Source: Rhynchopus sp. YZ270_cl-10 (Eukaryota). Taken from it: a stretch of 64,000 bases of DNA. The stretch lies in contig OZ037837.1 of the NCBI GenBank assembly GCA_964035575.1, positions 1,736,001 to 1,800,000 of the forward strand, written 5' to 3'. The notes under the pieces are model-generated. The model was not told where the DNA came from. It was given only the letters and a program-made list of their open reading frames with translations, and made no database searches. The position numbers were made by a program, and so were the translations under genes. Positions 10,367 through 21,732 of the stretch are shown here, in pieces (the first letter of the stretch is position 1; each line of letters begins with the position of its first letter).

Positions 10367-13189
10367 ATGCAGAGAAAGAAAATGCAGGGTGGACGGAAGC
10401 TGCTTTTCATTATGCTAACCTTCGCAACCTTGCTCTTTGTGTACTACCGGTCACTCAGACCCGAGGGTCCAAAATTCAAGATTACTCTAGAATATGGAAA
10501 TACAGAAACCAAAGCCCCAGCAACCAGGGCCCCAGCAACCAGGGCCCCAGCAACCAGGGCTCCAGCAACCAGGGCTCCAGCAACCAGGGCCCCAGCAACC
10601 AGGGCTCCAGAAACCAGGGCTCCTGAAACCCAGGCCCCAGAAACGAGTGCTCCAGTAATTCAGGTTCCAGAACCCCAGGCCCCAGAATCGAGCGCTCCAG
10701 TAATTCAGGCTCTAGAAACCCAGGCCCCAGAAACGAGCCCTCCAGTAATTCAGGTTCCAGAACCCCAGGCCCCAGAATCGAGCGCTCCAGTAATTCAGGT
10801 TCCAGAACCCCAGGCCCCAGAAGCGAGCGCTCCAGTAATTCAGGCTCCAGAACCCCAGGCCCCAGAAACGAGCCCTCCAGTAATTCAGGTTCCAGAACCC
10901 CAGGCCCCAGAAGTGAGCGCTCCAGTAATTCAGGCTCCAGAAACCCAGGCCCCAGCAACGAGCGCTCCAGTAATTCAGGTTCCAGAACCCCAGGCCCCAG
11001 AAGCGAGCGCTCCAGTAATTCAGGCTCCAGAAACCCAGGCCCCAGAAACGAGCCCTCCAGTAATTCAGGTTCCAGAACCCCAGGCCCCAGAAGCGAGTGC
11101 TCCAGTAATTCAGGCTCCAGAAACCCAGGCCCCGGAAACCCAGGCCCCAGAACCCAATTATGTGTATGAAGACAACCTCATAACTGGAGAGGTGCCTGAT
11201 GCTTCTGCGGCTGCGTACTGTGCGTCACAGGATCAGATCTACCCGGGACGTGTGTACAAGACGCCTGCGGACACCAGCAGCTTAGTGTGGGTGCCGTCCA
11301 CTGGTTGCAAGCTGCATCACTTCAGCCCCACGGAAGCGGCCACATGCCTCAGTGGCAAGAAGATTGCCTTCTACGGAGACTCGCTGATCGACGACACGGC
11401 TGAGGCGATCACCGTTCGCATCAACGGCAGACGCGAGTTGCGCGGTTCAGAAGACGTCGAAGGCCGCTGGTGGAAGGCACGGACCAACAAAGCCTGCTTC
11501 CTTGAAGGGCAGGAAACACCGTTCCTTGAGTTCTTCTGGACGCAGAGTGCTTTCTACAACGACCCGACGGACCCCTCGCGCGAGAACGCCTCCTTCGCGA
11601 TACGCAATGCCGACATTGTCCTGTTCGACAACGCGATGTGGGATATTGGCGACACCTGCCAGGGTGTGTACGCATTCTACCACGCCCTGAAGGCACGTAT
11701 TGAGAAGATACGGCATGTTATCAAGCCGGGTGCGATGCTTGTTCTGTATGATTTGCCTTACATCTGGACGAAAAAGGTCTGCACACCAAAATCGGACGGG
11801 GAGGGCAGCAACTGCCATGTGCATAACCAACCAAAAGAACGTGTCGCGGAGTACAGAACTGCGCTGCGTCTTGCTGCAGCGTGTACAGGCGTGCGTGTCT
11901 TTTCCGATACAGAAATGACCAAGCATATCCCATCGCACACCCCCGACGGTGTGCACTACCACACGTGGGAGTCCAAATTCATGAAGGCAGATGTCTTCCT
12001 CAACGGCATCTGCACGCGAGGTGGAGAGGCCCCCATGGAGTTCACAGTCTATCCAAAAGCAAGCTGCAACGTCACCCAGCACTTTCTGGACTGGGAAAAC
12101 AGCCCTTTCGCGGGATTTTGCCCTCGGCGAGCGAACCCTTGGGTTCCAGAAACCCAGGCTCCAGAAGCCCCTCCTGAAACCCAGGCCCCAGAACCCAATT
12201 ATGTGTATGAAGACAACCTCATAACTGGAGAGGTGCCTGATGCTTCTGCGGCTGCGTACTGTGCGTCACAGGATCAGATCTACCCGGGACGTGTGTACAA
12301 GACGCCTGCGGACACCAGCAGCTTAGTGTGGGTGCCGTCCACTGGTTGCAAGCTGCATCACTTCAGCCCCACGGAAGCGGCCACATGCCTCAGTGGCAAG
12401 AAGATTGCCTTCTACGGAGACTCGCTGATCGACGACACGGCTGAGGCGATCACCGTTCGCATCAACGGCAGACGCGAGTTGCGCGGTTCAGAAGACGTCG
12501 AAGGCCGCTGGTGGAAGGCACGGACCAACAAAGCCTGCTTCCTTGAAGGGCAGGAAACACCGTTCCTTGAGTTCTTCTGGACGCAGAGTGCTTTCTACAA
12601 CGACCCGACAGACCCCTTGCGTGAGAACGCCTCCTTCGCAATACGCAATGCCGACATTGTCCTGTTCGACAACGCGATGTGGGATATTGGCGACACCTGC
12701 CAGGGTGTGTACGCATTCTACCACGCCCTGAAGGGACGTATTGAGAAGATACAGCATGTTATCAAGCCGGGTGCGATGCTTGTTCTGTATGATTTGCCTT
12801 ACATCTGGACGAAACAGGTCTGCACACCAAAACCGGACGGGGAGGGCAGCAACTGCCATGTGCACAACCAACCGAAAGAACGTGTCGCGGAGTACAGAAC
12901 TGCGCTGCGTCTTGCTGCAGCGTGTACAGGCGTGCGTGTCTTTTCCGATACAGAAATGACCAAGCATATCCCATCGCACACCCCCGACGGTGTGCACTAC
13001 CACACGTGGGAGTCCAAATACATGAAGGCAGATGTCTTCCTCAACGGCATCTGCACGCGAGGTGGAGAGGCCCCCATGGAGTTCACAGTCTATCCAAAAG
13101 CAAGCTGCAACGTCACCCAGCACTTTATCGACTGGGAAAACAGCCCTACCGCGGAACAATGCCCTCGGCGACCGAACCCTTATATTTAG
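10367..13189 (+). CDS. Type II membrane protein with mucin-like stalk and two tandem SGNH/PC-esterase (TBL-like) domains
   Basis: N-terminal TM (LLFIMLTFATLLFVYY); APATR and APETSAPVIQ repeats; each domain has GKKIAFYGDSL and DGVHY motifs; 1041-bp internal duplication (starts 11135 and 12176). Confidence 0.85.
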   Translation: MQRKKMQGGRKLLFIMLTFATLLFVYYRSLRPEGPKFKITLEYGNTETKAPATRAPATRAPATRAPATRAPATRAPATRAPETRAPETQAPETSAPVIQVPEPQAPESSAPVIQALETQAPETSPPVIQVPEPQAPESSAPVIQVPEPQAPEASAPVIQAPEPQAPETSPPVIQVPEPQAPEVSAPVIQAPETQAPATSAPVIQVPEPQAPEASAPVIQAPETQAPETSPPVIQVPEPQAPEASAPVIQAPETQAPETQAPEPNYVYEDNLITGEVPDASAAAYCASQDQIYPGRVYKTPADTSSLVWVPSTGCKLHHFSPTEAATCLSGKKIAFYGDSLIDDTAEAITVRINGRRELRGSEDVEGRWWKARTNKACFLEGQETPFLEFFWTQSAFYNDPTDPSRENASFAIRNADIVLFDNAMWDIGDTCQGVYAFYHALKARIEKIRHVIKPGAMLVLYDLPYIWTKKVCTPKSDGEGSNCHVHNQPKERVAEYRTALRLAAACTGVRVFSDTEMTKHIPSHTPDGVHYHTWESKFMKADVFLNGICTRGGEAPMEFTVYPKASCNVTQHFLDWENSPFAGFCPRRANPWVPETQAPEAPPETQAPEPNYVYEDNLITGEVPDASAAAYCASQDQIYPGRVYKTPADTSSLVWVPSTGCKLHHFSPTEAATCLSGKKIAFYGDSLIDDTAEAITVRINGRRELRGSEDVEGRWWKARTNKACFLEGQETPFLEFFWTQSAFYNDPTDPLRENASFAIRNADIVLFDNAMWDIGDTCQGVYAFYHALKGRIEKIQHVIKPGAMLVLYDLPYIWTKQVCTPKPDGEGSNCHVHNQPKERVAEYRTALRLAAACTGVRVFSDTEMTKHIPSHTPDGVHYHTWESKYMKADVFLNGICTRGGEAPMEFTVYPKASCNVTQHFIDWENSPTAEQCPRRPNPYI
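10513..11135 (+). repeat. Coding tandem repeats (15-bp APATR units then 45-bp units)
   Basis: Direct inspection of GCCCCAGCAACCAGG and CCAGTAATTCAGG units. Confidence 0.9.
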
Positions 13190-13462
13190 GGGTTGTCGAT
13201 GTTGTCCCCCGACCTGCATGCCTTTTAATTTGCAGCAACCTTCTGTGCCCACTTCGTGTGGCCATCTCCTCCCCCTATCATCCTATCATCCTATCATACT
13301 TTTCCTCATTCATCGCTTCGCATTTGTTCGTATGTAAATATGCTTACGTAGCAGCGCACTCCCAGTGGGTGTTATGTGACGCGTTCTGTACGATGAGTTA
13401 CCTACTGTTTTGACGTGTGTCTATGATAGGCACTATTTTTTTTTTATAGTTTATCTTTTGTG

Positions 13463-14166
13463 CAGGGCCTTCAACCATCGACAAAGTCTGTCCACAGTTT
13501 TGTCGAAGTTTGAAAAAAAAAAAAAATAAAAATTGACCTCCCCGAGCCCGCGCGCGCTTCGCGCGCGCGGGTGCAGCAAATCACAGGGAGAAGCTCTCAG
13601 GGGTGTATACAGGTTTTGGTCATTTTTGAAAACTCGGTCAGCCAAAAAACTCCGCCTGTCCCACACACGTGTATTTCAACACAAGCAGCATTGGCAGCTT
13701 TGTAGCCACTGGTGACCCACAAGCCGTAGTGGGTATCACACCTGTCTTATCAGTAAGCTCAGTACATTTACAACAACAAAGGTCCCTCTGGCGAAGCCAC
13801 GGTACGCAACATTTCAAACATTGCGCATATCATGGCGCTTTATTTACAGCCAAACTATGTCATGGGAAGGGTAGGATGCCTGCTTGCGCCGCAGGCGCAC
13901 GGTACGCTACTTTTGCCTGGCTCACTCCTCATTGGGTTCTACGAGCTCTGTCCAAATGGTCACAGTGGATCACAGGAGAATGTTAAAGTTAAAACCCTGA
14001 ACCGAGTTTCTCCCATGGACTACCCTGCAACTCGGTCAGAGATAAAAGGATTTTGCCAAAATCCCATATTTTTTTTAGATTTGTCGAACTTCGACAAAAA
14101 AAAAAAAACCCAAAAAAAAAAAAGTTGTCGAAGTTAAGGCTTAACTTCGACACGTTGAAGGCCCTG
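13463..14166. mobile_element. hAT-type MITE
   Basis: TIR CAGGGCCTTCAAC / GTTGAAGGCCCTG; perfect 8-bp TSD CTTTTGTG at 13455-13462 and 14167-14174. Confidence 0.9.
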
Positions 14167-14630
14167 CTTTTGTGGATGTAGTCATAGAATTTTGACTGTC
14201 TTCGGTTGTATGTACTCAAGCTTGAGTTGCATGCACTACGTTTTGCAAAAGTTTTTTTTTTTTTTTTTTAGGGAACATTTTTGTTGATCCCTCACCATAT
14301 ACTATCAAAGCATATGATGAAATACTTATTTTAGGTACACTGTTCGAGAGGACTTTGTATTTCAAATGAACTTAGTTTTTATCTGACTGTGTAGTGGTGT
14401 GACACCGGGGAACACCTTGACATGTAACGGAAGCATTTTGTTTTTATACCTACAAGCGTAGCTGAAAGGAGAAATAGTTTCTCCGATACGGTAGCCAATC
14501 GCCCCCTTCCAACAGGGTAATTGAGCAATCAACTCAGGAGAAGCCTTTTTTCCTTTTACTTACCTAATCAGATGTGTTGCTCCACTCGCACGGCTTTTCT
14601 TGTTGTTCGCTCGTTTTTTTTTTTTTTAAA

Positions 14631-15042
14631 CCTATTAGCCACTACCTTCACATATATGTGAAGGTTAATCAGCACCAGTATCCAAGACATTAAAATTTTG
14701 TCAAAAGTGAAAAAAAACTTTTTTAATGGATTCCGGGAGGTAGAAACGTGTGCTTCCCCTATTTTTTTTGGACTTTTTAGAATTTTGTTTTTGACTTTTT
14801 CCGCCACCCACAACACGCAAACCAAGGAAAATGCGTAAAACAGGGGGGGACGGCCACATCCTAACAAATGCGATTTTTTCGATTTTGATTCTCAGAACCG
14901 CAGAAGTCCCCGAAGACCATACCAAACCACCTAGAGGACCCAAAAAATGCACCATCCCCCCAGTTTTGACCCAGAAACACTCAGATGATTTCAAAACCAA
15001 AAACGGGAAAAAAACCCCCACCCCCCCTTAGTGGCTAATAGG
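14631..15042. mobile_element. piggyBac-like MITE
   Basis: TIR CCTATTAGCCACTA / TAGTGGCTAATAGG; flanks TAAA (left) and TTAA (right). Confidence 0.65.
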
Positions 15043-15360
15043 TTAATAAGACCAGGGTTTTTTTTTATGAACAAGATAAAACAATAAGCTCGCGTTTCTT
15101 TTATCGAACAGATTTTATTCTCCGCCCCGTACCCAAAACGTAAACACCACTTTGAATCAGAAAAAAATATTTTCCTCTCCTTTTTTCTCCCTTGTTTCGA
15201 GTGCGAAACGTTTCTCCATGTATTGCACGGGAAACAATATGACAAACAGGTGCAGGGTGGTTCCGTGCTTATCATAGAACCTGGCACCTTGTGTGTCTCC
15301 CAAAAACCAAAAAAGCGTTGTGTGTGTAGTTTTGAAGGAAGGAAAAATAAAAGGATTGGT

Positions 15361-15699
15361 AACAAAAAGAAAACCGACGCAGGAGCTTTTCTTGGAACTG
15401 TTTTATTCTCCTCACCCCAACAATAACATCACATTCAGAAAAACACTGTTTTTTCGTTTTTATTCGCTTTCTTTTCTTCTTCCTCACACTTTGTTACTGT
15501 GAAGAAAATTTTTTTTGTTTCTGGTCGCATACTGCGAGTTTTCCTGGATGCGCAGGAAAAATGACTGAGGAGTGTTGGTGGCTCCGTGACGCCACAGAGC
15601 CGGCACACTCGTTGAGTGCCTCACAAAACCTAAAAATTACTTATTTGCTTTTATCTATTGTCTTCACGCTTTATCGTTGTTGTTGGGGTGGGAAATAAA
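15361..15699 (+). repeat. Duplicated intergenic segment (other copy ~30093-30369; partial copies ~21935-22000 and ~22165-22235)
   Basis: Near-identical AAAGAAAACCGACGCAGGAGC...GACGCCACAGAGCCGGCACAC...GGGAAATAAAA. Confidence 0.8.
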
Positions 15700-15922
15700 A
15701 GTGTTTTGACCCTACTATCCAAACGTCGAGTGGACGCGTATTATTTTTTTTACGCACACTACTTTGTGAGCGGAAAGTGTCACGTCGTTCACTCACCCAA
15801 CCGTGCTCCGCAACACCACCACCCAACAGGTGATTTTTAGTGTGTGTGGAAGCGTCAACGCATCAAACAACTACAAGAAGGGGGGTGAGGGAACGACAAA
15901 TGACACTTTTTTAAAAAAAAGT

Positions 15923-16147
15923 CGGGGTTTCTGCCAGGATTTGGGGTTTCAGGAATTGGGGGGTGGTTTCTTCCACTTCTTTTGACACAGCGAGCCAAAT
16001 GCTGGGTCATCTACAACCTCCAAAACCCCATTTTTCTCGGGGGGGGGGCCATGGTACCCCCCGAACCCCTGTAAAAATCCGGATTTTTCTGGGGAAAATA
16101 TTGGGGGGGACCGTGGTCCCCCCCGGTCCCCCTTGGCGGAAACCCTG
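15923..16147. mobile_element. Small MITE, hAT-like termini
   Basis: Imperfect TIR CGGGGTTTCTGCCAGG / CCTTGGCGGAAACCCTG; no clean TSD. Confidence 0.55.
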
Positions 16148-16187
16148 AAAATCGAGCTGCGATAAATTTTTTTTGTTATAGTATCAG

Positions 16188-17318
16188 CGGGGCTTGTTCT
16201 AGGATTCGGGGTTTTCAAATTTGGGGAGGGGAGCACCGTTTTTTGGGGGAAATTTTTTTTATATGCGGGTGAAAAAATAAGGTAAACTGGCGCCGCAGGC
16301 GAAAAAATTTTTGGGTACGGTGTAAAAATCCCCCTTATAAATGGGCAATGATCTGAATTTTCTTTGATGGGGTTCTGCTGAAACAGGGCAAAAAAGCGTG
16401 GAAAATTGTGAAAAACAGGGGGAAAACCAGGAAAAATTTTTTTTTGGGGGGAGTCCATTGTAAAAAACAAGTAATTGCTATCGGAAAAAAAACGGGGTGT
16501 GATGTGGAACTCCATCCTGTAGAAATAATCTACAATAAGCCCAGCATTCTGCTCTTCTGCAGGTATGCTAACGCTCTTCGTACACTGCCAGACCCACTCG
16601 GACTCCAGCATCTGAAACGTTCAAGAAGGGGGGCTGTCCTCTTCGTCCAGCACCATCTGCTCGATAGCGTTGTTGGACGCCCGCTCGGCAGGCTCGGCGT
16701 GGTCCAGCTCGTTTTTGTCCACAGGCTCCCCACATTGTAGTCGTCGTTGGAGCAGTGCGGAAGGAACACAGAATGCACAGACTACAACACATCGATCACA
16801 CCAGCAAATCGCCAGGATGCTACGGTGGTTTCGAAAATCGCGCGGAGTTTTCCACAGCACACCCGCTTTTTTCTTAGCAATTACTTGTCCTTGTTGTTAT
16901 TGTTGTTTTCAACCACCTTCCTTCAACCCTTGTAGGATCAGTTGTTATTTTTTTCGCGAAAACATGAAATTACACATTTCAAGAGAACAAATTTAAAAGG
17001 GTCCTTATTTGCATTTTTGGGCTCCGCCCGTGCAGTGGTGGGGTCAATCTCGAAAATTGGACAATTTTTTGAGCACTTAAATTTTGAGAAATATGAGCCC
17101 GGTTCCTTATACGTGGGGCCCATTTTCGGCTAAAATTTTCCTCAAAATCTGGTTTTGTAAAATTGACCCTTTACTCCCCCCCCACATCGATTTCAATACT
17201 ATACCTTACTTCACCTACGGTTGCCCTTACAGGGGGGTGAAGGAAGGTAAGTTGAAAACCCTAAATTTATTTGGGGGGGGGGAGCTCCCCCCCCCAAAGA
17301 CCCCTAGAATAAGCCCTG
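16188..17318. mobile_element. Non-autonomous TIR element with internal coding remnant
   Basis: TIR CGGGGCTTGTTCTAGG / CCTAGAATAAGCCCTG; direct repeat TAGTATCAG at 16179-16187 and 17319-17327; GC-richer remnant at ~16530-16860. Confidence 0.8.
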
Positions 17319-17509
17319 TAGTATCAGCCAAGTCTTCTTACCCTTCCCCTTTTTCCCCTCTCTTTTCTCCTTCACCTTAACCCCTTGCGTACCCTCCTCT
17401 TGTCACCTGCTTCTCCGACAAAAGCTTTTACTACCAGAAAAGAAAACAACAAGCGAACACACCAGCATATCAGCTGATCACGGGAACCTGTATAAGGCTT
17501 CCACTTTTG

Positions 17510-18045
17510 AAGTCAGGCCAGTGTCCATAACGGTACTGCCACACCCTGAGGGGGAGGTGTGCTGTCTGTATACCCTGTGTGGCAACAACGGGGAGGTGAC
17601 CTCCGTGTAACGGCAACCCGCACGTCCTAGATGTGAAAAAAAACGGCACCAAACGGGACACGGTCCCGGGTTTACTCTGGATAGAACAAAACGGCCACAC
17701 TGCTTCGGCAGCGCTAAAGAGACGAGAGTGAACACTAAGTAGCAGTAGTTTACAGCGGAGGATTACCGTGCCCTGAGGCGTCTCAACCTTAGGTTCACTT
17801 TGTCTACTTTAGATTTTTGATTTTTGATTTTATTTTTTTTACTTTTTTTAATTCTGCCACATGATGGGGGGAGATGTCTGTACTTCCCCCCGATATTCGT
17901 GGTGAATGGGAGGCGGTTCCGTGTAACGGCAACCCACAAGAGTAGAACAACAACATAAACTCCCGAGAAACATACGAGACCCCGGAGTCTCTCTTCTTTC
18001 ATGTGTGTGTACATACATGACAACGCTAACCAAAAACGGCAGCGG
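17510..18045 (+). repeat. Two further copies of the dispersed SINE-like repeat
   Basis: CCGTGTAACGGCAACCC at ~17603 and ~17919; extended similarity to 300-560 (-). Confidence 0.6.
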
Positions 18046-18094
18046 TGCTTGCACAGGTGGCAACTATTTTTCAAAACACCACTCCAAACAATTT

Positions 18095-18401
18095 CAGGGT
18101 CTCCGCAAGGTAATAAAGTTCTGATTCTCAACAGAACTTTTTGAAAATGGGGAGGGGGATTTCCGGGGGGGCGGGGGGAAGAAAGAAAAAAAAGTTCTGT
18201 TGAGTGGTTCAGACCCGTGCTACTTATCAAAAAATCTCAGGAGAAGAAGATATGGAGAGGTGAGTGCTCAAACGTCCTAAAAAAGTCAAAATCGGGTGTT
18301 GGAAAAAAAGTTGCATACCGTACGCCTGCGGTGCAAGCATGTATCACCAACGTGGACCATCAACAGAACTTTTTCAAAATTGGAAATCCTAGCGGAGCCT
18401 G
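18095..18401. mobile_element. Degenerate hAT-type MITE
   Basis: Imperfect TIR CAGGGTCTCCGCAAGG / CCTAGCGGAGCCTG; 8-bp TSD AACAATTT / AACAATTG. Confidence 0.65.
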
Positions 18402-19277
18402 AACAATTGATCAAAAAAAGAAGGGGGGGGGGAAAATAGTGGAGCACACTCTAGGGTGGCTACACCAATACAACCAAGTTTTCAACAAAAAAAAAAGCTT
18501 TCATTCAACCCCCCCAGTTGCTCTCTCAGATATAAATTGTGCTTGTCGTTCACCAAGAGTTGGGTGAAGTGAATGGGAGTATCTGTAAGCTCGTAACTCT
18601 AGAGAAGTGACTCCTTTGCCCAAAGAGACGCGGTGTGTTCATTTTCCCAGTAGCTGCTTGTCTGTATCCACGCATTCGGGGTTGCGCTGAACTGGAACAG
18701 ATCTGAGAATGCCCTGCCTCCGTGCATATATCAACTGCGTCTTTATCAAGCTGTGGTCATTTTCCCCGTGATTCCTTTTTTGTTTGTTGCCAGAGAGGAC
18801 AACGCGCTGAGTGCTGTGCTGAATGGCTCTCATCTTTTTCTGTGTCCGGCTGATCAGGCAGAGGAGTCTGATCCATGTTCAGAATTAGCTCGGGTGGATA
18901 TCATTCTCACGCGTGATTTCTGCAATCTCTTCAGTAATTGTACTCCCGTCGCGTGCTTCTCTGCTGTGTGGGTTGGAAGTTGCCACTCTCACGGACAAAT
19001 TGCTGCCTGCAGAAGCTTGCTGCCCATTAGCAGGAGAAAGTGAGCGATCCACAAAATTGCACGAGGTTGCGTCTAATCGTTTTTCCGGATTCCATTGCAG
19101 TTGCACTCACCACATTTGTGTCCACAGCTCCCCCTCCTGATGTCGTGCCACTCACTATCTCTAACTCATGTATCTCCTCCTCAGCGGTCAGCAGACCCAG
19201 CCTCCCAGAGCAACCCTAGGAGTGCTCAGTCTCCCACACACACAACACCCACCAAGAAACAGAGAGACACAAAATAA

Positions 19278-20405
19278 ATGGAACTAACGGTTCGTACCTT
19301 TGGCAATGGGCAGTATGTGATTGAGGTGGGTGAGGATGACACAACGGAGAAGTTGCGGGAGAAGGTGGCGTCTGCAACGGGGTTGTGCGAAGACGACTTT
19401 CACATGGAGTTTGGAGGGGAGGAAGTGGAGGACATCACGCAGCTGAGTGCTGGAGACACAGTTGTGCTGACGGAGGCGAAGGCGAAGAAGTACGAAGCCA
19501 TTGCAGCACTTCACGCATTGGGTGAGAGAGACATCACAGCAGCAAGGTTGGAGGTGGTGAGGGATGCGGAGGTGGCCACCTTGCTGCTGCAGGCAGAAGT
19601 TGCGACTGCGATTCCAGACTACTTCTTCTTATACAATGCGGTAGTAACGTCCATTGATTTCAGCAACGCATCTGTTGTGGATGTGATTGGGAACGGCTTC
19701 CTCTGGCACTGCACAGCTTTGACAGCAGTTAACCTGAGCGGGTTGTCTGCACTCACCAGGATTGAGGATTATTTCCTATCTTCCTGTCCAGCTTTGACGA
19801 CAGTAAATCTCACTGGCTTGCGTGCAGTCACCACAATTGGTGCACGTTTTATGTATGAGTGCACTGCTTTGACGACAGTCGACCTCAGCAGCTTGCAGTC
19901 AGTCACCACAATAGGTAGTAGGTGTCTAGCTGAGTGCACAGCACTGACCACAGTCGACATGAGCGGGTTGTCTGCACTCACCAGGATTGAGGCATATTTC
20001 CTATTTTCCTGTCCAGCTTTGACGACAGCCGACCTCAGCAACTTACGGTCAGTTACCATAATTGCTGATTTGTGTTTAGCCAATTGCAAAGCACTGGCGA
20101 CAGTTGACCTTAGCGGGTTGTCTGCGCTCACCAGGATTGAGGATGGCTTCCTATCTTCGTGTCCAGCTTTGACGACAGTAAACTTCACTGGCTTGCGTGC
20201 AGTCACCGCAATTGGGTCCCACTGCACGTTTAAATGCACAAACATGAGGGCTGTACGTGGACTGGGCACGTGTAGCTACGTAGTGCTGTACCATGTGGCT
20301 TGGCATCGAGCACGTTGTCTATTAATGGCAGCTGTTGATTGGACGCCTTGGGTCGCTTCTTTGCTTTTCGTGTGTTCTGTGTGCTGCGCATACACAATGC
20401 AGTGA
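19278..20405 (+). CDS. Ubiquitin-like + LRR paralog 2
   Basis: Ubl nearly identical to 8100 gene; about 9 LRRs; C-terminal tail read in a different frame from paralog 1. Confidence 0.88.
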   Translation: MELTVRTFGNGQYVIEVGEDDTTEKLREKVASATGLCEDDFHMEFGGEEVEDITQLSAGDTVVLTEAKAKKYEAIAALHALGERDITAARLEVVRDAEVATLLLQAEVATAIPDYFFLYNAVVTSIDFSNASVVDVIGNGFLWHCTALTAVNLSGLSALTRIEDYFLSSCPALTTVNLTGLRAVTTIGARFMYECTALTTVDLSSLQSVTTIGSRCLAECTALTTVDMSGLSALTRIEAYFLFSCPALTTADLSNLRSVTIIADLCLANCKALATVDLSGLSALTRIEDGFLSSCPALTTVNFTGLRAVTAIGSHCTFKCTNMRAVRGLGTCSYVVLYHVAWHRARCLLMAAVDWTPWVASLLFVCSVCCAYTMQ

Positions 20406-20946
20406 AAGGGTACCTATACGTTGGCACACTTGACTAATCGATACAAGGTGGTATCCGCACGTGAGATATGCATTAGGAGTTGAGACGGAGAGAAGTACAC
20501 AGTCTGGGTGAGGACGACCAACTGCGGACATACGGCGGAAGGTGGCGTCTGCAGCAGCGTTGTGCGAAGACGGCTTTGACATGAGCTTCGGAGGAAGGTC
20601 CTGTACGATGCAACAAACAACAAACGACGGATAGATGGAGAAGGGTGTGTTTCATTTGCAAAGATGTGAGTTGGGGGTGGGGGAAACATTCAAAAAAGTA
20701 GCAATACCCAACTGTTTCTTTTTCAACCAAATTTTACCCTACCTATAGACTTCAAGGTCATATATCGTCTGCAGGTGAGGAGGCTGTCTTGTAAACCCGC
20801 AAAGAAGATGTGTGTACAGGAGCTACCCCAGAAAAAGAGCAAACGATAACGCCGTTTTTCTGCTTGCTAATGTGCTTTTCCCTCACCCCACACACACAAC
20901 ACCCACCAAGAAACAGAGAGACACACAAAAGTATAATAACAAAGAA

Positions 20947-21732
20947 ATGGAACTCACGGTTCGCACCTTTGGGAATAGGCAGTATGTGATTGAGGTGGGT
21001 GAGGATGACACAACGGAGAAGTTGCGGGAGAAGGTGGCGTCTGCAACGGGGTTGTGCGAAGACGACTTTCACATGGAGTTTGGAGGGGAGGAAGTGGAGG
21101 ACATCACGCAGCTGAGTGCTGGAGACACAGTTGTGCTGACGGAGGCGAAGGCGAAGAAGTACGAAGCCATTGCAGCACTTCACGCATTGGGTGAGAGAGA
21201 CATCACAGCAGCAAGGTTAGATATGGTGATGGATGCGGAGGTGGCCACCTTGCTGCTGCAGGCAGAAGTTGCGACTCGGATTACTGACGACTTCTTCCAA
21301 CACAGTGAAGTAACGACCATTGATTTCAGCAACGTCTCTGTTGTGGATGTGATTGGGAAGGGCTTCCTCTGTCACTGCACAGATTTGACGGCAGTAGACC
21401 TGAGCGGGTTGTCTGCACTCACCAGGATTGAGAATCATTTCCTATGTTGGTGTACAGCTTTGACAACAGTAAACCTCACTGGCTTGCGTGCAGTCACCAC
21501 AATTGGCGAACGCTTTATGTATCAGTGCACTGCTTTGACAACAGTCGACCTCAGCAGCTTGCAGGCAGTCACCACAATCGGTAGTGATAGTCTGGCTTGT
21601 TGCACAGCACTCACAACAGTTGACATGAGTGGCATGTCTGCACTCACGAGGATTGAGGATGGTTTCTTATCTGCGTGTCCAGCTTTGACAACAGTGAATC
21701 TCACTGGCGTGAGTGTACGTTGGCACACTTGA
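20947..21732 (+). CDS. Ubiquitin-like + LRR paralog 3 (short, lacks hydrophobic tail)
   Basis: ATG at 20947 aligns with paralog starts; about 6 LRRs joined directly to the shared 3' sequence. Confidence 0.8.
   Translation: MELTVRTFGNRQYVIEVGEDDTTEKLREKVASATGLCEDDFHMEFGGEEVEDITQLSAGDTVVLTEAKAKKYEAIAALHALGERDITAARLDMVMDAEVATLLLQAEVATRITDDFFQHSEVTTIDFSNVSVVDVIGKGFLCHCTDLTAVDLSGLSALTRIENHFLCWCTALTTVNLTGLRAVTTIGERFMYQCTALTTVDLSSLQAVTTIGSDSLACCTALTTVDMSGMSALTRIEDGFLSACPALTTVNLTGVSVRWHT

Noticed and set aside
18640..19140. Possible decayed coding sequence upstream of Ubl-LRR paralog 2
   Set aside because: Only short ORFs and no recognisable motif
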